Assembly: GCA_036510875.1 (NCBI GenBank)
Contig: DATCDE010000007.1
Coordinates: 3,055-67,054, forward strand
Length of the DNA: 64,000 nt
Direction: 5' to 3'
Source of the DNA: Actinomycetes bacterium
Lineage (GTDB): Bacteria > Actinomycetota > Actinomycetes > Prado026
The first letter of the stretch is position 1. Each line of letters begins with the position of its first letter. Under the pieces are notes generated by a model. That model saw nothing but the letters and a program-made list of their open reading frames with translations. It did no database searches and was not told where the DNA came from. Both the position numbers and the translations under genes were made by a program. Positions 1 to 9,498 of the stretch are shown here, piece by piece.

Positions 1-294
1 GCCAGAGTCGAGCGCGCCGAACAGCTGCTCGTCGCCGGCGTACATGGTCAGCACGACGATGCCGAGGTCCGGGCGCTGCCGCCGTGCGGCCTTGACGATG
101 TCGAGGCCGCTGCCGTCGGGGAGCCGGACGTCGACGACGACGACATCCGGGTGCAGCACCGCCAGCTGCCGTGCCGCCTCGGCGACGGATCCGGCCTCGC
201 CGATGACCTCGAAGTCCTCGTTGCGCTCGAACGCGCGACGTAGCCCCTGCCGGATCAGCTCGTGGTCGTCAACGAGCAGCACGGTCGTGGACAT
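1..294 (-). CDS. Response regulator, NarL/LuxR family, receiver domain. Partial: the C-terminus lies beyond the window start.
   Basis: Reverse-strand translation MSTTVLLVDDHELIRQGLRRAFERNEDFEVIGEAGSVAEAARQLAVLHPDVVVVDVRLPDGSGLDIV... is a classic receiver. Its start overlaps the upstream kinase stop by 26 nt. Confidence 0.8.
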   Translation of the reverse strand, partial: MSTTVLLVDDHELIRQGLRRAFERNEDFEVIGEAGSVAEAARQLAVLHPDVVVVDVRLPDGSGLDIVKAARRQRPDLGIVVLTMYAGDEQLFGALDSG

Positions 295-1951
295 GGTCAC
301 CCCCTGCGTGGCCTAAACCGTTGGGAGAGTCCGGTGCGAGCTCACCCACGACGACCTCAACGACGGTACCTCCGCCGTCGCGTGGTCTTACCGTGAGGTC
401 GGCTCCGAGTCGTCTCGCACGCTCCCTCATGATCTCCATACCGTAACTGTCGGTACGCGAGGGCCCCAACCCGAGTCCGTCGTCCTCGATTCGCAGAAAG
501 GCGTTAGGCGGGTTCGTCTGGCAGGTCACCCACAGGTTGGCCGATCTGGCGTGCTTGCGGACGTTGGTGATGGACTCCTGGGCAATGCGAAGCAGCTCCG
601 CCTCAGTCTCGGCGCGCAGCCGGTGGGGGGACTCGTCCAGGATCAGGTGGACGGTGAGGTCCGAGGTGGCGCCGATGGTCCGCACGTAGTCCGACAGAGC
701 CGCCCCCAGGCCGGTGGAGGTGTGCACCTCGCTGCGCAGGTCGAAGATGGACAGCCGCAGCTCGGAGATGATCCGGGTCAGATCGGAACGCAGACTCTGC
801 AGCGCCTGGCGCTGCTCCTCGGTAGCCGCCCGGTATGCCATGTCGTCCATGACGTACCCCAGCGAAGCCAGCTCCTGCGCTATGCCGTCGTGGATCTCTC
901 GGGCCAACCGGCGGCGCTCCTCGGCGGTCGCGATCTGGCGCACCTCGGAGAACAGCAGAGCCGTCTCGATCCGCAGGGAGGCATCCGCGAGCAGGGTCTC
1001 GGCGGCAGCAAGCTCCTCGGACGTGAACGGTTCGTCGAGCCGCTCCACGCCGAGGATGCCGATCACGCGGACCCCAACGCGCAGTGGCAGGGCGGCGGCA
1101 TAGCCGTCCTCACCGCCGGAGAACAGCCCCTGGCCACGGCTGGGACTTCCGCTGGTCCAGGCCTCAGCCCAGAGGGAGTCGGCATCGATGGATGGATGCC
1201 AGTCGACCGGCATCGCGCTGCCGAAAGCGAGCGGCACGAGCAGTCCCCCCTCCGACCGGGCGAACAACGCAGCTCGGGAGTAGGCCACTGAGCGCTGCAG
1301 GTTCTCCAGGGTCGCCTGGGCGAGGGAATAGGCGTCCAAGCCGCCGGCGAGCTGCCGGGAAACCGTGCGCAGCTGGGACAGCAACCGGTACGCGGCCTGG
1401 TAGGAGGCCTGACTCGGGTCGCTCTGGGACTCCACCCGCAGTCGGCGTGCCCACGCCGCGAGCAGCCCCGCAATGAGCGAGAGCACCAGCCACTGGCCGG
1501 CGTAGGCCGAGAACGAGCGGGGGTCCGCCTCGACCACAACGGCGGTCAGCGCGAGGACGCCGAGCGCCAAGCCCACCGACACGGATGCGACGGAGGCGCC
1601 CCACAGAAGTCCGGCGGCGACGGCTGGCGCGATCAGATACGGCATCAAGGTCGCGCCGCTCGGCTCGTTGAGCCCGATGAGGAGGGCCGCCGCACCGATC
1701 TCGATCGCCGGCCCGATCCGAGCGATCGAACGCGCCGTTGCGAGGGTGGCCCCAGCAACGATGGCCAGCAGCAACCCGAGCGGCGGCCAGGCGACGTCGA
1801 AGCCAACGAGCAGCACCAGGACGACGGCCAGCATCGTGAAGAGGCCGAGGCGCAGCCCGATCACAAAGCCACGCGGACTCCTCAGCAGGGTGCGCAGTCG
1901 CATGGGCCGACGGTTGCACACGGGCTCATAGATTGCTACGGCCGGGGCCAT
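269..1951 (-). CDS. Sensor histidine kinase: multi-TM N-terminus, GAF domain, HisKA_3 (NarX/DesK type) and HATPase_c.
   Basis: Hydrophobic N-terminus, central GAF-like segment, H-box REIHDGIAQELASL, and a C-terminal ATPase with NVRKHA...DDGLGLG motifs. The true start may be an internal Met. Confidence 0.8.
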   Translation of the reverse strand: MAPAVAIYEPVCNRRPMRLRTLLRSPRGFVIGLRLGLFTMLAVVLVLLVGFDVAWPPLGLLLAIVAGATLATARSIARIGPAIEIGAAALLIGLNEPSGATLMPYLIAPAVAAGLLWGASVASVSVGLALGVLALTAVVVEADPRSFSAYAGQWLVLSLIAGLLAAWARRLRVESQSDPSQASYQAAYRLLSQLRTVSRQLAGGLDAYSLAQATLENLQRSVAYSRAALFARSEGGLLVPLAFGSAMPVDWHPSIDADSLWAEAWTSGSPSRGQGLFSGGEDGYAAALPLRVGVRVIGILGVERLDEPFTSEELAAAETLLADASLRIETALLFSEVRQIATAEERRRLAREIHDGIAQELASLGYVMDDMAYRAATEEQRQALQSLRSDLTRIISELRLSIFDLRSEVHTSTGLGAALSDYVRTIGATSDLTVHLILDESPHRLRAETEAELLRIAQESITNVRKHARSANLWVTCQTNPPNAFLRIEDDGLGLGPSRTDSYGMEIMRERARRLGADLTVRPRDGGGTVVEVVVGELAPDSPNGLGHAGGDHVHDRAAR

Positions 1952-1991
1952 TCCGCCGCGCTGGGGGGCGCAGGTCTGGGATCATGAGCAG

Positions 1992-2990
1992 GTGGAGGGT
2001 TTGAGTACTCTGAGCAGCGTCCTGCATGAAGCCAACTGCAAGTTGGAACAGGGGCGCTCCGCAGCTGCCAGCGTGTGGCCGACCGGCTTCACCCCGTTGG
2101 ACGCCTACCTCAACGGTGGTCTGCGCTCGGGCGAGCTGACGCTGCTGGGCGGGCCTCAGGGTCTGGGCAAGACCACCTTGGCACTGCAGCTCCTGCGTAA
2201 CGTCGTAGCGTCCGGTCACACCGCCGTCTACTTCTCCTTCGAGCACGACGCGGTCCTGGTCCTGGAGCGGCTGCTGGCAGTCGAAGCCGGACTCGCCGGA
2301 GGGATCGAGGCTCCGACGATCCGCCAGTTCCGGGAGGCGCTGGAGGCGGCGGACGGCCAGTTGGGCGGGCTTGAGGACCGGCTGGCTGCCACCGAGGGGG
2401 GCGCCGAGGCAGTTCTCGCAGTCCGGGCGTGGGGAGACCGCCTCATGATCCATCGCTCCAACGGCACAACCACGAGCGTGCAGACCATCGCCGCGGTCGT
2501 CCAGGAGGTCCGCGCCACCCACGGCCAGCCGCCGCTCGTCGTCGTCGACTACCTGCAGAAGGTCGCGGTGCCGCTCGGTGGCCCCAGCGAGGAGGAGCGG
2601 ATCACCGATGTGGTCCAGGGGCTGAAGGACCTGGCTCTGGCCGCCGACGTGCCGGTTCTGGCCGTCGTGGCAGCGGACAAGGAGGGTATCCGGGCGGGTC
2701 GTCGACTGCGCACCCACCACCTACGCGGCGCATCGGCCTTGGCCTACGAGGCCGACGTCGTACTCGTGATGAACGACAAGTTCAACGTGGTGGCCCGACA
2801 CCACCTGGTCTACGACATCACGAATGCCGAGAGCTTCCGCAACTTCGTGGTGGTGAGCCTCGAGAAGAACCGAAATGGGCTGGACCACATCGACCTGCAG
2901 TTTCGCAAGAGGTTCGAGCGCGGTCGCTTTGACCCGGAGGGGTCCGCAGTCTCCGAGCAGCTCGTCGACGAGCGGGTCTTTGTCGAGTAG
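1992..2990 (+). CDS. Stand-alone DnaB-helicase C-terminal-like RecA-fold ATPase. It lacks the DnaB N-terminal domain.
   Basis: PTGFTPLDAYLNGGLRSGELTLLGGPQGLGKTTLALQL matches the DnaB Walker A region. EADVVLVMND...LEKNRNG resembles the DnaB C-terminal motifs. It has a GTG start and sits divergent from the kinase gene (40 bp gap). Confidence 0.6.
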   Translation: MEGLSTLSSVLHEANCKLEQGRSAAASVWPTGFTPLDAYLNGGLRSGELTLLGGPQGLGKTTLALQLLRNVVASGHTAVYFSFEHDAVLVLERLLAVEAGLAGGIEAPTIRQFREALEAADGQLGGLEDRLAATEGGAEAVLAVRAWGDRLMIHRSNGTTTSVQTIAAVVQEVRATHGQPPLVVVDYLQKVAVPLGGPSEEERITDVVQGLKDLALAADVPVLAVVAADKEGIRAGRRLRTHHLRGASALAYEADVVLVMNDKFNVVARHHLVYDITNAESFRNFVVVSLEKNRNGLDHIDLQFRKRFERGRFDPEGSAVSEQLVDERVFVE

Positions 2991-2996
2991 CCGGCC

Positions 2997-3884
2997 CTAA
3001 CGGTCCTCGGCCTTGCGCGCTGTGTAGCGGATCAGCGCCCGCGCCAGCCGGCGGACTTCGAGTGCCTCGAGGAGAAAGGCCGCCGCGTCGCGGCCCAGGC
3101 TGGCTGACTGCTCGATGTTGTCCTCCGAGAACGGCGGATTGTTGCGGCGAGCGAGGATCAGTATGCCGCCGATGTGGGGGACAGGAATGGCCAAGAGATG
3201 CCGCCAACTCGCCAACGGTGCGCCGGCCAGCATCTGCCGGGCGATGTCGGTGTCCGTTACGAGCACACCGCGGGCACCGACGCCAACGGTCTGGACCAGC
3301 CAGTGATCGATCGAGAGCTCGGATCGGGCCTCCAAGGGTCGCAAGCCTGATCCCGCGGCAACCCACCAGTGGTTCTCCTCGCGCAGCATCAGGGCACCCG
3401 CGTCAGCCTTGTTCTCCACAAGTGCCTGCTGGAGGACGACCCTGCTGACCTCCGCGACGGTGGGGAGTCGGCCCGCGCTCGGCAGAAGTGCCCGCACCAG
3501 GTCGAGGGGCGTCATGGCCGAAAGCCCGGTGGGTTTGGGCTCCCGCCGGGCGACTTGGCCAGCCCCCTCAGGGGCGGTTGGTGAGACCTGAGTCGCGTCG
3601 AGCAACCGCTCCAGCGACTGGACGAGCGACGGCTGGCTGACCGGCCGGACGACGATCGAGGTCTGCGGCGGCCGCTGGACAGGAGTGACGTCCCAGTCCG
3701 GGCTGACCAGGACCAGCGCTGGGATCGGTGCGAAGCGGTGGCGCAAGGTCGTCAACAACCGGACCGTCTCGTCGGCGGACTGAAGGTCGAGCAGGATCGC
3801 GTCGACCGATGGGGGCTCCGCTGACTCGATGACCTCGTGCTCGGACAGCACGACCGTGGTGAAGCGCGTGCCGGCCAGCCCCAT
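2997..3884 (-). CDS. Receiver-like (REC) plus GAF domain protein encoded immediately downstream of tadC.
   Basis: N-terminus TTVVLSEHEVIE...ILLDLQSADETVRLL...PALVLVS looks receiver-like. The C-terminal about 150 aa look GAF-like. ATG at 3884. The upstream part of the long ORF 2997..4481 is low-complexity R/G/P and is treated as non-coding. Confidence 0.5.
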   Translation of the reverse strand: MGLAGTRFTTVVLSEHEVIESAEPPSVDAILLDLQSADETVRLLTTLRHRFAPIPALVLVSPDWDVTPVQRPPQTSIVVRPVSQPSLVQSLERLLDATQVSPTAPEGAGQVARREPKPTGLSAMTPLDLVRALLPSAGRLPTVAEVSRVVLQQALVENKADAGALMLREENHWWVAAGSGLRPLEARSELSIDHWLVQTVGVGARGVLVTDTDIARQMLAGAPLASWRHLLAIPVPHIGGILILARRNNPPFSEDNIEQSASLGRDAAAFLLEALEVRRLARALIRYTARKAEDR

Positions 3885-3925
3885 GGCGAGCGCCGGGGTC
3901 CGGGACACCACGAGGAGTCGAGGCA

Positions 3926-4864
3926 CTACAGCTTGCCGGTCAGCGAATTGATCACCGAGATGATGGCCGGCCCGACAACGACGATCATCATGACCGGAAG
4001 GATGCAGAAGATCAACGGGAAGAGCATCTTCACGGGGACCTTCTGGGCGGCTTCCTCCGCCCGCTGCGACCTCTTGATCCGCAGCTCGTGCGACTGGATC
4101 CGCAGCACGTTGGCGATGGGGATGCCGAACGAGTCGGCCTGAACCATCGCACTGGCGAAGCTCTTCATCTCCGGCAGGTTCGCCCGGTCGCCGAGGTCGC
4201 GAATCGCCTCCGACCGGCTGCGTCCGAGTTGCATCTCCTGCAACACCCTGAAGAACTCCGAGGCCAGGGGTCCCGCGGTGTTCCTGGACACCTCCGAAAG
4301 CGCACCGTCGAAGGACTGCCCCGCCTCCACCGAGATGGTCAGCATGTCGAGGGCGTCCGGGAGATCCCGGCGAAGCTGCTCGGTGCGCTTCACCGCTCGC
4401 TCGTTCAGGACAAGGTCGGGAGTGAAGTAACCGAGGACAGAAAGCCCGACCACTGCCGCCAGGAACCACACCACCCCCCATCCGAGCACGAGCGGCAGTG
4501 CTAGCCCGATCGCGAATCCGATGATCAGTCCCAGTGCCTTGAAGGCCAGGATCCGGTCGACGTTCCAGTGAGCAGGGTTTCCTGCCAGGTCCAGCCGCCG
4601 TCTGATGCGGGCAGCCTGCTCCGCGGGAGTGATGCGCCGGCCCATCTCGGTGAGCTGGGCGAAACCCGGCTTCGTCACTCGGTCTGCAAACGGTCGGTCC
4701 ATCGCACCACGTAGCTCCGGTGGCGTCGCCCGCATCGTGCTGACCGCCTCGAGCGACCGGCCCACACCTGTCGGTTCTCGGCGCAGGACCCCGAAGAAGC
4801 CGAGAAAGAGCAGCGTCCCCACGAAGAAGGCCCCGAGGCCGGCGAGCAGCAGCATCCCGCTCAC
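3926..4864 (-). CDS. tadC: Tad pilus assembly inner-membrane protein TadC (T2SS-F domain).
   Basis: TM-rich about 312 aa protein with T2SSF-like loops (GQSFDGALSEVSRNTAGPLASEF, LRIQSHELRIKRSQRAEEAAQK). Its start overlaps the tadB stop. Confidence 0.8.
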   Translation of the reverse strand: MSGMLLLAGLGAFFVGTLLFLGFFGVLRREPTGVGRSLEAVSTMRATPPELRGAMDRPFADRVTKPGFAQLTEMGRRITPAEQAARIRRRLDLAGNPAHWNVDRILAFKALGLIIGFAIGLALPLVLGWGVVWFLAAVVGLSVLGYFTPDLVLNERAVKRTEQLRRDLPDALDMLTISVEAGQSFDGALSEVSRNTAGPLASEFFRVLQEMQLGRSRSEAIRDLGDRANLPEMKSFASAMVQADSFGIPIANVLRIQSHELRIKRSQRAEEAAQKVPVKMLFPLIFCILPVMMIVVVGPAIISVINSLTGKL

Positions 4865-4865
4865 G

Positions 4866-6860
4866 TCAGTACTCCACCCTCACCACTCGACGGAGCCACA
4901 CGACGCCGACGATGAACAACACCAAACCGACGGTCAGCATGACCAACCCGAGCGGCGTCGTGAACAGCAGTGACAGGTATCCCGGCCGCACCAGCGCGAG
5001 AAAGACCGCAAAGATGAACGGCAGCAAGCCGATGATCCACGCCGACAGCCGACCCTCCGCGGACAGGACACGAACCTGGCGACGGAGCCGTTCCCGTTCC
5101 CGCAGAGTGCTGGCCACGTTGCGCAGCACCTCCGCCAGGTTACCGCCGACCTCCCGCTGGATCCGGATCGCCATCACCGTCCAACGGAAGTCCGTGCTGT
5201 CCATTCGCTCGCCGATCCCTGCGAGCGCGTCCTCGATCGGGACGCCGAGCCGAGCTTCCACGAGCGCATGGTTGAACTCCCCGGCGATGGGGTCGGCGCC
5301 TTCTCGGACGACAGAGTCGACGGCTTGGGGGAGGGAGTAGCCCGCCTGCAGACCGCCAGCCATGAGCTGCAGGGTGTCCGCCAGCTGGTCGTTGAAGGCG
5401 CTCAGCCGCCGGTTCCACCGCACGCTCAGATACGTCCAGGGGAGCAGCGCCCCCAGCCCCACCGCGATGAGCGCGGCAAGCAGTCGACCGGTGAGCAGTC
5501 CGACGAGCAAGCCGCTGCCGAGCGTAATGCCCGCATGGATGATCACCCACTCCGCGGGTTGGAGCGGGACAGCCGCTCGGTCCAACCGCTGGGCAAGTTC
5601 TACCTCCACGTCTCGGTTCTTGGTGACGCGGCCGGCGAACTCCACCGCGGATCGGGCGACCGCGCTGTCCCCGAGCGCCGGTGTGGACTCCGACTCCTTG
5701 ACTGGCAGCTTTCCGCGCAGAGTGTAGATCGCGATCCGTCGGTCGACGGCGCTGAGCTGGTCGCCGCCGAGGTCACGCATCGCCACTCCGAGCAGGATGG
5801 CAAGAGAGAGGAACAGCACGCCCAGCGCGGACCAGAGTGCGGGGCGCGTCAGATGGGCGTACCAGGGGGCGGTGACAGCGATGGGGCCCGCGGCAGCCGG
5901 GGTGGATGGCGAGCTGCTGGGGGAACCCTGGGTGCCCAGCAGCGGGACGAACACTGTGTCCGACAGCTGGGTGGTTCCGGCGTAGGCCTCGATGGTCAGC
6001 TGCTGGCTGTTCAGCAGGACAGTCGGCACGTCGACCAGAACCTGGAGCTGGTTGCTGATCGCGTTCGCACTCTGCACGAAGATCGTGCTGAGGTTGCTCG
6101 CCTGGGCGGTGGCCACCACCTGGCCCTTGCCAGCCGCCGTCAGAGTCTTGAGGGTCGCCAGCTGGCCCTGGCCCGCGCCCAGGGAGACGGCATCGACGAC
6201 GACCTGTGACCTGCCGATCGCGTTGGTGGCATCGGCCAGCGTCGCTTGGCTGGAACCGTCGTCCGCGCCGTCGCTGAGCACTAGAACCTGCCGGATCCCG
6301 GTACTGCCAGCGCTGGCTACAGCCAGCCGGACTCCGTCATAGAGCGCGGTACCACCGTTGGGTGGCGCCGACAGCCGGTCGATCGCAGCCCGGACGGCGA
6401 TCCGGTCGAGCGTGGGTGACAGGGCAAGCTGGGGGCGGCCGGCGAAGGTGACCAGCCCGACGCGTACCGATGCTGGCACCGAGGCGAGGAACTGCGAAGC
6501 TGCGGCCTTGGCGGCTGCTATCGGAGCTCCGTTCATGCTGCCCGAGGTGTCCATCGCGAGAATGGCGATCCGATGGACCGCGGTGTCCCCCTGGCCGACG
6601 ACCGTCGCGGTCGCGGGAAGGGCCGCGCCACCCACGCTGGCAGTGACGCTGGACGTGCTGATCGTCGTTCCTGTCGGGAGCCCGGCGGCTTCGAAGAATG
6701 CGGTGACCTGGGCTCCGTCGCTCGTCGGCTGAACCTTGGCCGAGACGATGCGACCGACCGGTCCGTTCGTTGCGGCCAAGGCCACCCCGGTGGGCATCAA
6801 CCCAACGGCCACCAGCAGCCCCAGCACAGTGAAGAGGCGACGGAACGGGAAAGCAGTCAC
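4866..6860 (-). CDS. tadB: Fusion protein: signal peptide, von Willebrand factor A (VWA) domain, Ser/Pro-rich linker, then TadB (T2SS-F domain).
   Basis: N-terminal MTAFPFRRLFTVLGLLVAVGLMPTGVALA is followed by a VWA MIDAS motif (ILAMDTSGSM...LVTFAGRP...LSDGADD). The C-terminal about 300 aa are a typical TadB T2SSF domain. Confidence 0.75.
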   Translation of the reverse strand: MTAFPFRRLFTVLGLLVAVGLMPTGVALAATNGPVGRIVSAKVQPTSDGAQVTAFFEAAGLPTGTTISTSSVTASVGGAALPATATVVGQGDTAVHRIAILAMDTSGSMNGAPIAAAKAAASQFLASVPASVRVGLVTFAGRPQLALSPTLDRIAVRAAIDRLSAPPNGGTALYDGVRLAVASAGSTGIRQVLVLSDGADDGSSQATLADATNAIGRSQVVVDAVSLGAGQGQLATLKTLTAAGKGQVVATAQASNLSTIFVQSANAISNQLQVLVDVPTVLLNSQQLTIEAYAGTTQLSDTVFVPLLGTQGSPSSSPSTPAAAGPIAVTAPWYAHLTRPALWSALGVLFLSLAILLGVAMRDLGGDQLSAVDRRIAIYTLRGKLPVKESESTPALGDSAVARSAVEFAGRVTKNRDVEVELAQRLDRAAVPLQPAEWVIIHAGITLGSGLLVGLLTGRLLAALIAVGLGALLPWTYLSVRWNRRLSAFNDQLADTLQLMAGGLQAGYSLPQAVDSVVREGADPIAGEFNHALVEARLGVPIEDALAGIGERMDSTDFRWTVMAIRIQREVGGNLAEVLRNVASTLRERERLRRQVRVLSAEGRLSAWIIGLLPFIFAVFLALVRPGYLSLLFTTPLGLVMLTVGLVLFIVGVVWLRRVVRVEY

Positions 6861-8254
6861 TACGATCGCCCGTACCTCTCGAACGCGAAGATCCGCGGGT
6901 CGACATCAACGCCTGCGTCCGACAGCTTCTCCAGGAACCGCGGGCGCAGCCCGGTGGACTTCAGCTGGCCCAGCGAGCGGCCGTGCTCGTCGAAGCCCAT
7001 GTGGTGGTCGAAGACGAACAGGTCCTGAAGAGTGATGATGTCGCCCTCCATCCCGACAACCTCAGACACGTGCGTGATGTGGCGCGTGCCGTCCTTGAAG
7101 CGGGCCTGGTGGACGATCAGGTCGATGGCGCTGGACACCTGTTCGCGGATCGCGCGCAGCGGCAGGTCGTAGCCGGCAAAGAGCACCATCGTCTCGATGC
7201 GAGCGAGGGTGTCCCGGGGGCTGTTCGCGTGCACGGTGCAGATCGACCCGTCGTGTCCGGTGTTCATCGCCTGCAGCATGTCCAGCGCGGCGGCGTCGCG
7301 CACCTCGCCGATGACGATGCGGTCAGGGCGCATGCGGAGGGCATTGCGCACGAGGTCCCGGACGGCGATCTCGCCCTTGCCCTCGATGTTCGGTGGGCGG
7401 GCCTCCAGCCTGATCACGTGCTCCTGGTGCATCTGGAGCTCCGCGGCGTCCTCGATGGTGATGATCCGCTCGTCGTTCGGGATGAAGGCGGACAGCACGT
7501 TCAGGGTGGTGGTCTTGCCGGCGCCAGTTCCGCCTGACACAAGGATGTTCAGCCGGCCGAGTACGCACGCCTCAAGGAACTCCGACACCGCGCGGCTCAG
7601 GGTGCCGAACCCGACCAGGTCGTCGACTTCGTAGGGGTCTGCGGCGAACTTGCGGATCGTCAGGGCGCTGCCATCCACCGCGAGTGGCGGGATGATCGCG
7701 TTGACCCGGCTGCCATCCTGCAGGCGGGCGTCGACCATGGGGCTCGACTCGTCGACCCGGCGACCAACGCGTCCGACGATCTTGTCGATGGTGCGACGCA
7801 AGTGGGCGTCGTCCGCGAACTGGGCGTCCACGGGGTAGATCCGCCCGCCCCGCTCGACATAGATGCGGTCGTAGCCGTTGACCATGACCTCGGTCACGTC
7901 CGCGTCCCGAAGGTACGGCTCGAGCGGCCCGTATCCGAGGATGTCGTCAGCGATCTCCTGTGAGATGCGAGCGCGGTCCGCCACTGTCAGCGGCGTCTCC
8001 TCCTTGGCCAGCACCTCCTGCAGGGTCGCTCGGACGCGCTGCTCGAGCTCGGGCTGGGTCAGTCGGGAGTCGTAGAGGTGCGGCCCGAGGGTCTCGAGGA
8101 GCGAGCGGTGGACCTCGCGCTTGAGGCCCGCGAACGGGTCGGCTCCGCGGGGGACGCGCGCTCCGGGCCCCTGCCGGCTGAGCGAGTCATTGTCGGGGGT
8201 GATCTCGGTGCCACGGGCCCGCCGAGCTTCGGCGAGGCGGTCGGAGAGGCTCAT
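6860..8254 (-). CDS. tadA: Tad/Flp pilus secretion ATPase TadA/CpaF.
   Basis: Walker A GGTGAGKTT, ...IEDAAEL..., GEVRD, TGHDGSICTVHANS: the canonical CpaF/VirB11-like signature. Confidence 0.9.
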   Translation of the reverse strand: MSLSDRLAEARRARGTEITPDNDSLSRQGPGARVPRGADPFAGLKREVHRSLLETLGPHLYDSRLTQPELEQRVRATLQEVLAKEETPLTVADRARISQEIADDILGYGPLEPYLRDADVTEVMVNGYDRIYVERGGRIYPVDAQFADDAHLRRTIDKIVGRVGRRVDESSPMVDARLQDGSRVNAIIPPLAVDGSALTIRKFAADPYEVDDLVGFGTLSRAVSEFLEACVLGRLNILVSGGTGAGKTTTLNVLSAFIPNDERIITIEDAAELQMHQEHVIRLEARPPNIEGKGEIAVRDLVRNALRMRPDRIVIGEVRDAAALDMLQAMNTGHDGSICTVHANSPRDTLARIETMVLFAGYDLPLRAIREQVSSAIDLIVHQARFKDGTRHITHVSEVVGMEGDIITLQDLFVFDHHMGFDEHGRSLGQLKSTGLRPRFLEKLSDAGVDVDPRIFAFERYGRS

Positions 8255-9453
8255 CTCGAGGACTTCCTTCCGAATCGGTGGCGCCGGTCATGGCGCAATG
8301 GAGAGGGAACGGAGTCGTCAACCGACGGCCCCACGACGACGTACCGCTCGGCGAACTGGCGGATCGCCTGGCTCACCGGGTGATTCGGCTGGTCCAGGGC
8401 GATCGGCACGCCGCGGTTGATGGTGGACGGGACCTCGCGAGAGGAGGGGATCTGCGCGACGATCTTGGCGTTGAGGGTCTTCTCGACGTCGGCCGCGGTC
8501 AGCCCCACCTTGGAGTCCGCCCTGTTGAGTACGACCACCCACCGGTCGCGGGAGTAGTTGAGGAGCTCGAGGGTCTCGAGGGTGAGCTTGAGGTTCTTGA
8601 TCGCAGGGATGTCCAAGGTGGCGATGTTCGCGATGATGTCGCTGCGGTCGAAGGCGGCCAGCACCTGGTCGTCGAACGCGGGCGGGGTGTCGACGACGAC
8701 GTAGTCGAACTGGTCGCGCAGTATCTCGAGCATCCGGCCGATCAGCTCGGCCGGGATGTGGCCTGCCGTGCCTGGCTCGACGGGCGCCACGAGAGCCGAC
8801 AGCCCAGGGGAGTGCCGGGTGATCAGGGATTTCAGGCCATCGGCGTCCAGGCTGTCACCCAGCGCAACCGCATCGGCGAGTGTGTGCGCGGGGAACAACT
8901 GGAGGACGATCGCCACATCCCCGAAGGCCAGGTCGAGGTCGAGAATGCAGACCTCCCGCCGGCCGTGGTCAGCGAGGATCGCGGCGAGGTTGGTGGCCAG
9001 GGTGGTCTTTCCGCACCCGCCCTTCGCCGAGAAGACGGTAACGATATGACCACGGTGCCCCGGGCTGGCATGCTCGCCCCCGCGAGTGTCTGCACTGCGC
9101 AGCCGTCGGGACAGGACCCGCGAGCGCCGGGCTGCCTCGGCTAGACCGGACAGGTCACGCTCCTCGACGACGTCCCGGACGCCGGCTCGGAGAGCCTCGG
9201 CCAGCACTGAGGCGTCTACCCGGCGGCGGACCAGGATGACCCCGATGCTTGGGTGCAGCACGCGCACCTCCGACGCGACACTCAGCGCAGTCGGCAGGTC
9301 GACGGTCGGACCGAACACCACCGTGTCCTCGGTCAGCCCTGGGACCAGGTGGTGTCGCAGGGCGTCGACGGACGGCAGGACCTCGGTGTCCGAGCCCAGC
9401 GCCGTCCGCAGGATGTCAGCGATCGAAGGGTCCAGGTCGACCACGATGGCCAT
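8251..9453 (-). CDS. tadZ: TadZ/CpaE: N-terminal receiver-like domain plus ParA/MinD-type ATPase.
   Basis: VFSAKGGCGKTTLATNLA deviant Walker A and DTPPAFDD motifs. Confidence 0.85.
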   Translation of the reverse strand: MAIVVDLDPSIADILRTALGSDTEVLPSVDALRHHLVPGLTEDTVVFGPTVDLPTALSVASEVRVLHPSIGVILVRRRVDASVLAEALRAGVRDVVEERDLSGLAEAARRSRVLSRRLRSADTRGGEHASPGHRGHIVTVFSAKGGCGKTTLATNLAAILADHGRREVCILDLDLAFGDVAIVLQLFPAHTLADAVALGDSLDADGLKSLITRHSPGLSALVAPVEPGTAGHIPAELIGRMLEILRDQFDYVVVDTPPAFDDQVLAAFDRSDIIANIATLDIPAIKNLKLTLETLELLNYSRDRWVVVLNRADSKVGLTAADVEKTLNAKIVAQIPSSREVPSTINRGVPIALDQPNHPVSQAIRQFAERYVVVGPSVDDSVPSPLRHDRRHRFGRKSSR

Positions 9454-9498
9454 GCGGGCGTCTCCTCGGTACTGGCGTCAGTTCGATGGTTCGCCGGA

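Noticed and set aside
2997-4481. The full 494-aa ORF extending upstream of the REC-GAF gene.
   Set aside because: The first about 200 codons overlap tadC on the same strand in another frame and are Arg/Gly/Pro-rich. The start is placed at the ATG at 3884, after the tadC stop.
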